Source: Terriglobia bacterium
Lineage (GTDB): Bacteria > Acidobacteriota > Terriglobia > 2-12-FULL-54-10
Assembly (NCBI GenBank): GCA_963666975.2
Contig: CAXVYR010000004.1
Span: 1,888,001 to 1,952,000, forward strand
Reading direction: 5' to 3'
DNA length: 64,000 nucleotides
The notes beneath the pieces were generated by a model, which made no database searches, was not told the origin of the DNA, and saw nothing but the letters and a program-made list of their open reading frames with translations. Shown piece after piece: positions 58,531 to 64,000 of this stretch; the stretch's first letter is position 1, and each line of letters opens with the position of its first letter. Position numbers and translations under genes: made by a program.

Positions 58531-58563
58531 CTGTGGTTTGATCCTGTGGTTTGATCCTGCGAT

Positions 58564-59138
58564 TCAGTCTAACCGCTGCCGGAGGGCTTCCCTGCGCCGC
58601 GCGAAGACGCCCTCTGCCGGAACGGCCGCCGGAACCGGCGGCGCCCCATTCTCGCTAAGCGGTTCCGCGCCTTGCGAGCATCCTAAGCTTTCTTGGCCGG
58701 TGGGCATAGAGGGGGGAACGTAATGGATAAAGGCGCGCATCAGCTGGATTTCGTCGTCTTTCTGGCTGATGTTGTGCAGCAGCAAATCGCGCAAGGAAAC
58801 CATCCCCACCAGTTTTCCGCCGCTGACGGTCGGAAGATGCCGGCAGTTGGCCTGGTTCATCACGCGCATGCAGTCTTCCACCGAAGTCTGGGCATCGACG
58901 ACGACAGGGTTCGGCGTCATCACCTGCTCAACCGGAGTATCCGCCGGAGAGAGTCCTTTGCTGACGACCCGCGTCATCAAATCCCGCTCGGAAAAGATGC
59001 CCACCAGACTTTCCCCTCCAGCACGCTCACGGCCCCCACTTTCATCTGCGTCATGAACTGAACCACATCCAAAACCAGACGTTCTTTTTGGACGGAATGA
59101 ACTTCCGGCCTCTTTACCAGTTCGTGAATCTCTGGCAC
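58564..59138 (-). CDS. CBS-pair protein (frameshift in C4 run at 59013-59016)
   Basis: GTG 59138 after GGAGG gives MPEIHELVKRPEVHSV..KVGAVSVLEG; one added G continues into LVGIFSERDL..RHLP..LVGMVSLRDL. Confidence 0.8.
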
Positions 59139-59368
59139 AAATCCCTCCGGAAAGCAGCCGATTTAGAAGGGTATCACAAAACCCTTCCGGCGGAATGCCT
59201 CCGCTCATGCGGCATTAGCGTATAGTATCTCCCATTCTCGAAGCTCTCGCAGGGCAAACGCTTATCGCAATGAATTTGCCAGCGGACTTATAGCGCGGCA
59301 GCCTGAACAGACGGTTATTGTACAAACGGCTAGTAAAAAGATGGGCTGCTTGAGATAAATAAAGGCTC

Positions 59369-60505
59369 ATGGTTTCTCCACCTGAACAGTCCCCGGAAAG
59401 GGCGGTCCCGCTCGGGCTTGTGGGGCGGCTTTTTCTTAAGCTGGGATTGGTTGGTTTCGGCGGGCCCCTGGCTCACATCGCTCTGATCCAGGACGAGGTG
59501 GTGGAAAAGCGAAACTGGCTCACCAAAACTCAATTCCTGGACGGCCTGGCTCTCTGCCAAATGCTTCCCGGCCCCGTCTCCACCCAACTGGCTATCTACA
59601 CGGGCCTGCGTCTGAGGGGCTACCGGGGAGCAATGGTCTCCGGCTGCGCCTTCATCCTCCCGGCTTTCTGTCTGCTGCTGATTTTCACATGGGCTTATTT
59701 CCGCTTCGGGGCCATTCCCGCCGTGCAGGGGCTTTTTTACGGCGCCACCCCCGTCATCCTGGCGATGATCCTGGCCACCTCCCACCGCCTGGGCAAGGCG
59801 GCGGTGACCGACCGGCTTTTGCTGGCGATGCTTGTGACCAGCGCCGTCCTGGTGGCCTTTTTCTCCTTCAACATCGTCCTGCTGTTTGCGCTGATGGGGC
59901 TGCTGGGAATTCTTTACTATGGCCCGAAGGGGAAAGGTTCCCATGGCGCCGCCAAACTCCCGGCGATGGTTCCCTTTCCGCTGCTGGCGCAGTTGGGCTG
60001 GTTTTTTCTCAAGGTCGGCTCGCTGATCTTCGGCGGAGGGTTGGTGATCATCCCCTTCATTGAAAGGGAGGTGGTGGAGATTCTGGGATGGTTAACCCAC
60101 AAGGAATTTTTGGACGGGCTGGCTTTGGGACAGATCACCCCCGGCCCTGTGGTCATCACGGCTACCTTCATCGGCTACAAGGTGGCCGGTTTGTCGGGCG
60201 CGATGGTGGCGACAGGAGCAATTTTTCTTCCTTCCTTCCTCTTCATCTTCGCGGGCGCGGCGTACCTGCGAAGAATCGAGAACTCGCCCTACGTTAAGGC
60301 GCTGCTAAAAACCGTCAACGCAGCGGCAGTGGGAGCCATTCTGGGCGCTTTTCTGAGACTCTCCCAGCAATCGTTGTTTCACATTTTCCCTTTCCTTCTG
60401 TTTGCCGCCGCCCTGGCTGGCATCGTGCGTTACAAGGTCGCTTTTCTACGGCTGCTGGCTGCGGGCGCGCTGCTCGGATGGGTGGCGCATTGGGCAGGAA
60501 TATAA
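59369..60505 (+). CDS. chrA: Chromate efflux (CHR) family transporter
   Basis: GFGGP, QMLPGP, FGGG, QITPGP duplicated halves. Confidence 0.92.
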   Translation: MVSPPEQSPERAVPLGLVGRLFLKLGLVGFGGPLAHIALIQDEVVEKRNWLTKTQFLDGLALCQMLPGPVSTQLAIYTGLRLRGYRGAMVSGCAFILPAFCLLLIFTWAYFRFGAIPAVQGLFYGATPVILAMILATSHRLGKAAVTDRLLLAMLVTSAVLVAFFSFNIVLLFALMGLLGILYYGPKGKGSHGAAKLPAMVPFPLLAQLGWFFLKVGSLIFGGGLVIIPFIEREVVEILGWLTHKEFLDGLALGQITPGPVVITATFIGYKVAGLSGAMVATGAIFLPSFLFIFAGAAYLRRIENSPYVKALLKTVNAAAVGAILGAFLRLSQQSLFHIFPFLLFAAALAGIVRYKVAFLRLLAAGALLGWVAHWAGI

Positions 60506-60519
60506 CCCCAAAGCTGGGA

Positions 60520-61431
60520 TCAATTGGAATTGCTCCCTGGCGGGGAAGGCCCCTGTTCCAGCCGCACCTCGCTGTCCGGATGTAATCCGATCTTCCCCTC
60601 GGGCAGGAGTTGGTAGGGGAACCCGAGCGGGTCAGCGGGAATTGCTTCGACAAGCCCTCGGGAACCCATCTCAGAAAATGATTGCGGCCAGCGGCCCGTT
60701 TGCTCGCGGAAGGTGTTCGTCCGCCTTTCCAGCTCCTCGATATCGTCCAGCGCCTTCAGCGATTGGAGATGTCCGAGCGCGTTCTGGCGGATGCTTTCAT
60801 CCTCCGTTGACTGATAAATCTCCGTCCAGAGGAAGCGCGAGGTTTCCCGGTTCCCTTGCTTTTCCCGGATCACGGCCTCCATCACCTTCATCCAAGGGGC
60901 TGCGTGGGGATGCATGCCGCCCTCCCGGTAGGCATCGGCGGCCTGTTGATAATCTCTGAGGTGCCAGTAGTAAATGAAACCGAGATCATGCCACAAGCGC
61001 CATTCCTCGGGGTTGGCCGCGATCCCCCGTTGAATCAGGGCAACAGCCTGTTGCGGTTGGCCGGCTCCGCGGGGAGGAGGCTCGGTCAGAAAAATCGCGC
61101 CGAACTTGTAGGCGATCAGCAGGTACGGGTCGAGCGTCACCGTAATATTGAGCAACGGCCCCAGCAGGCTGAAATCCGTCTTGCGGTCGCGGATTCGCCC
61201 GCCGTAGTACTGCACCACGCGGGTCCAATAGATATCCGCCATCAAGCCGTCGTAGCCCAGGCTGAGCTTTTCCAGAACCTCGCCGGAGGAAACCCAAAGC
61301 ATCTCGGGCGTCTCCTGGTATTGGCTCCTATGCCGGTCAATCTCCATCTGCACCCTGGCCGAGGCCGCCCAAACTCCCGCCAGCAGCAGGAGCAGCCCAA
61401 TGACAACCGGCTTGGAAGCGGGACGGCTCAT
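60520..61431 (-). CDS. Membrane-anchored TPR protein (PilG/XapA-like)
   Basis: N-terminal TM; ADIYWTRVVQYYG, TLDP, TPR-like WRLWHDLGFIYY; tail IPADPLGFPY. Confidence 0.7.
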   Translation of the reverse strand: MSRPASKPVVIGLLLLLAGVWAASARVQMEIDRHRSQYQETPEMLWVSSGEVLEKLSLGYDGLMADIYWTRVVQYYGGRIRDRKTDFSLLGPLLNITVTLDPYLLIAYKFGAIFLTEPPPRGAGQPQQAVALIQRGIAANPEEWRLWHDLGFIYYWHLRDYQQAADAYREGGMHPHAAPWMKVMEAVIREKQGNRETSRFLWTEIYQSTEDESIRQNALGHLQSLKALDDIEELERRTNTFREQTGRWPQSFSEMGSRGLVEAIPADPLGFPYQLLPEGKIGLHPDSEVRLEQGPSPPGSNSN

Positions 61432-62210
61432 TTCAAATCCCTGCGGGAAAAGATCACCACCGAGCAGCCGAGCAGCACGCTCCCATAACAGAGCGCGTAG
61501 AGCGTATTGAACAGAACCAGGCTAGCCTCGACGGGCCTGCCGTGCGCCACCCATCCGGCAATGTGAAAGTTGCTGAAGTTCGGCAGCAAATAATAGAGAA
61601 CGGAAGTGAAGGCTTCCAGGGAAGGATTCTCGGTGAGCTCTCCAAAGGCGCGGATATCGGAGGAGAAGCTTCCGACCACGAACAGCAGAAAAGTAAAGAT
61701 CGCCGAGAGCACGGGAGTGGAAAAACAGGAAAAAAACAGGCAGACGCCGGTCACGAGCGTCAGCTCGAGCAGTATGAAATAAATGCTGACCCAAATGAAC
61801 TGGTCTTGCGGCTCAAATCGGCGGGTCAGGTAGTACAGGGCCGCCCACAGTCCCGCGCTCATGAAGAGGGTATTGACCAGCAGCGTGAGATTCAATCCCA
61901 CGAACTTCCCCACGACAAACTGCCACCTATGGATCGGCTTGCTCAACAGCGTGTAGAGACTCCGCTTGTCAATTTCCTTATAGACCAAGCCGATCCCCAA
62001 GAAGATAGCGATCAACAGCCCGAAGATCGAAATGGAGGCGAGGCCCAGGTTGATGAGGATCGTTTTCTGAATCCCAATCGAGATCTCGCCAAACAGCAGC
62101 GCGGAAGCGATGAGGATGATGGCAAAGGCGACCAGATTGTAGAGAACCCGGTCGCGCACCGCTTCGCGAAAGGTGTTGAGGGCAATCGTAAACGTCTGTG
62201 AGAGATTCAT
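61428..62210 (-). CDS. ABC-2 permease (PilI-like)
   Basis: IALNTFREAVRDR, EIDKRSLYTLLSKPI, FSRRDLK. Confidence 0.88.
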   Translation of the reverse strand: MNLSQTFTIALNTFREAVRDRVLYNLVAFAIILIASALLFGEISIGIQKTILINLGLASISIFGLLIAIFLGIGLVYKEIDKRSLYTLLSKPIHRWQFVVGKFVGLNLTLLVNTLFMSAGLWAALYYLTRRFEPQDQFIWVSIYFILLELTLVTGVCLFFSCFSTPVLSAIFTFLLFVVGSFSSDIRAFGELTENPSLEAFTSVLYYLLPNFSNFHIAGWVAHGRPVEASLVLFNTLYALCYGSVLLGCSVVIFSRRDLK

Positions 62211-63232
62211 GGCGCCGTAGCAGAGCCCCGGTGCGCGTCTTGATTTGTATTGGGACCGGGGCCGGAGCTTGCGCTAGGGCCCTGAAACATCTCCATAAAA
62301 TAATCTTCCAGGCTAAAGCGGACCGGGTTCAGTGAAATCAGCCGCAGCCCGTTTCCCGCAAATAACGCCAGCAGGTTCCGGATATTTTCTTCCCGGATCT
62401 CCATACGGTATTGTCCCCCCGAGACGGCCAGGGGCTTGGCCGCCAGGGACTCGACCTTCGGGAGCATCTCCGGCGAGGAGCACTCCAGCACGGCCTCATA
62501 GTCCGCTTCGGAGCCCGCCCCGGAAGCTGACTGCCGCTTTAACAACTCTGAAATTTGCCCCACTCCGACCAGCCTTCCCCGGTTCAGGATCGCCACACGG
62601 TCGCAGAGCGCCTCCGCGTCGGAGAGAATGTGCGTGCTGAAGAAGACCGTTTTTCCCGCCGCCTTGAGATGGAAAATCAGTTCCCGCACTTCCCGCCGTC
62701 CCATCGGGTCCAGTCCCGACATGGGCTCGTCCAAAAGAACGATCTCCGGCTCGTGCAGGATCGCCTGAGCGATTCCAATCCGTTGCAGCATTCCCTTCGA
62801 GAACTTCCGCAGCGGCAGATGACGGAACTCTTCCAGACCGACCTGTTCTAAGACGGCATCCCTCCGGCTCTTGCGCTCGGCGGGCTGGAAAGGAAAGAAG
62901 CGCGCGAAATAGTCCAGCAGTTCCTGAGCGGTGAGGTAATCGTAGAAATAGGGATTCTCCGGAAGGTAGCCCACTTGCCGGAACGTTCCCGGTTCCCCCA
63001 GCGGGCTGCCGAGAATCGTCGCCGTTCCTTCGGTTGGGAAAATCAGGCCGGTCAGGAGCTTCAAAGTGGTTGTCTTGCCCGCGCCATTGGGGCCGAGGAA
63101 CCCAAAGACTTCGCCGCGCTCCACCTGGAGGGAAAGCCGGTCCAGGGCGCGCCTCGGACGCTTGCGCCAGAAGCCGACTGGATAGTCCTTGCTTAGCCCT
63201 GAAATCTCGATGGCCGACATAGCACCGCTCAT
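62207..63232 (-). CDS. ABC transporter ATP-binding protein (PilH-like)
   Basis: [40 protein letters not shown]; start 63232 or 63220. Confidence 0.92.
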   Translation of the reverse strand: MSGAMSAIEISGLSKDYPVGFWRKRPRRALDRLSLQVERGEVFGFLGPNGAGKTTTLKLLTGLIFPTEGTATILGSPLGEPGTFRQVGYLPENPYFYDYLTAQELLDYFARFFPFQPAERKSRRDAVLEQVGLEEFRHLPLRKFSKGMLQRIGIAQAILHEPEIVLLDEPMSGLDPMGRREVRELIFHLKAAGKTVFFSTHILSDAEALCDRVAILNRGRLVGVGQISELLKRQSASGAGSEADYEAVLECSSPEMLPKVESLAAKPLAVSGGQYRMEIREENIRNLLALFAGNGLRLISLNPVRFSLEDYFMEMFQGPSASSGPGPNTNQDAHRGSATAP

Positions 63233-63330
63233 TATATCGGATAGAACATCGTAGGAAAGGCATTCTTGCCAGTCAACCAAATGCGGGTGGGAATGCCTGC
63301 CTCACCGCCGCTGTCGGTTACAATGCCTCT

Positions 63331-64000
63331 GTGGCAAAGCGTCATCAACCGCCTCTGGGACAGGTCTTTTTGACCGACCGCCGCATAGAGGAGCACATCC
63401 TTCGCTCGCTGCATCTAGGGGCTGATGACACGGTACTCGAAATCGGCGCGGGCAAGGGCAACATGACGGAACTGCTGGCCCGGCATGCAGCCTCGGTGCG
63501 GACGGTGGAGGTAGATTCCCGTCTGGTCTCTTTGCTGCGCGAAAAATTCGCCGACAACGACCGCGTCGAGGTGCTCGCAGCCGACATCCTCAAGCTCCCC
63601 CTAGACAGCATAGCCGGCTCGGTCAACCGGCAGCGCATCAGAGTCTTCGGCAACCTGCCTTACTACATCACCTCGGCTTGCCTGATGCATCTGTTTCAGT
63701 ATCACCGCTGGATCGAGGAGATCGTCGTCATGGTGCAGCGAGAGGTCGCCGAGCGCATTGTGGCCTCCCCCGGATCGGGCGACTACGGGTTGCTCTCGAT
63801 CACCTGCCAATACTACACGCAGCCGGAGTTGCTGTTTTCCATTTCTCCGAAGGCTTTTCGTCCCCAACCTAAGGTGCATTCTGCGCTGGTCCGAATGCCG
63901 GTGGCCCCGCAAGGGGATGCTCTCGGAATCAAGGCAGAGGACGAAGCCGCCTTCTGGCGTTTCGTGAAGACGGCCTTTGCGCAAAGGCGAAAAACGCTGT
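63331..64000 (+). CDS. rsmA: 16S rRNA m6,2A dimethyltransferase (partial, runs off window end)
   Basis: Manual translation: LGQVFL, VLEIGAGKG, VEVD, GNLPYYITS, MVQREVAERI, AFRPQPKVHSA. Confidence 0.93.
   Translation, partial: MAKRHQPPLGQVFLTDRRIEEHILRSLHLGADDTVLEIGAGKGNMTELLARHAASVRTVEVDSRLVSLLREKFADNDRVEVLAADILKLPLDSIAGSVNRQRIRVFGNLPYYITSACLMHLFQYHRWIEEIVVMVQREVAERIVASPGSGDYGLLSITCQYYTQPELLFSISPKAFRPQPKVHSALVRMPVAPQGDALGIKAEDEAAFWRFVKTAFAQRRKTL

Noticed and set aside
1-64000. tRNA, rRNA, tmRNA or SRP RNA genes
   Set aside because: None recognised by eye in intergenic regions; an Infernal scan would be needed to exclude them

Overview
GC-rich bacterial chromosomal segment. Gene content and style suggest an Acidobacteriota genome, probably a MAG (inference). 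The left ~13 kb is an accessory, partly decayed region: an IS3-family element in a deleted gamma-glutamyltransferase remnant, TauE, DctM and CMD-like fragments, a DUF1592 (cytochrome c)-DUF1552 (HXXSHH)-ankyrin cassette, a kinase remnant and a sulfite-oxidase-family molybdoenzyme. The rest is mostly housekeeping: fxsA, ABC exporter, uppP-ftsK-dapF, ldcA-mpl-arnT-like, ftsY-ribD-ribE, pilT-recX-alaS-transglycosylase-amidase, serA, HU, argF/G/H with ARG boxes, ddl, arginase, asnS, chrA, a pilHIG-like ABC cassette and partial rsmA. Two lower-GC insertions stand out: an intact IS256 followed by a PARIS-like (ABC ATPase + DUF4435/TOPRIM) defence pair, and a winged-helix + PD-(D/E)XK nuclease gene with toxin-antitoxin debris between argF and argG. 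A REP-associated tyrosine transposase (RAYT) is flanked by a ~28-bp REP that recurs across the window, and a second repeat family is nested inside several copies. At least eight genes have single-base frameshifts in short homopolymers, which may be sequencing errors. No rRNA, tRNA, CRISPR array or prophage was seen.
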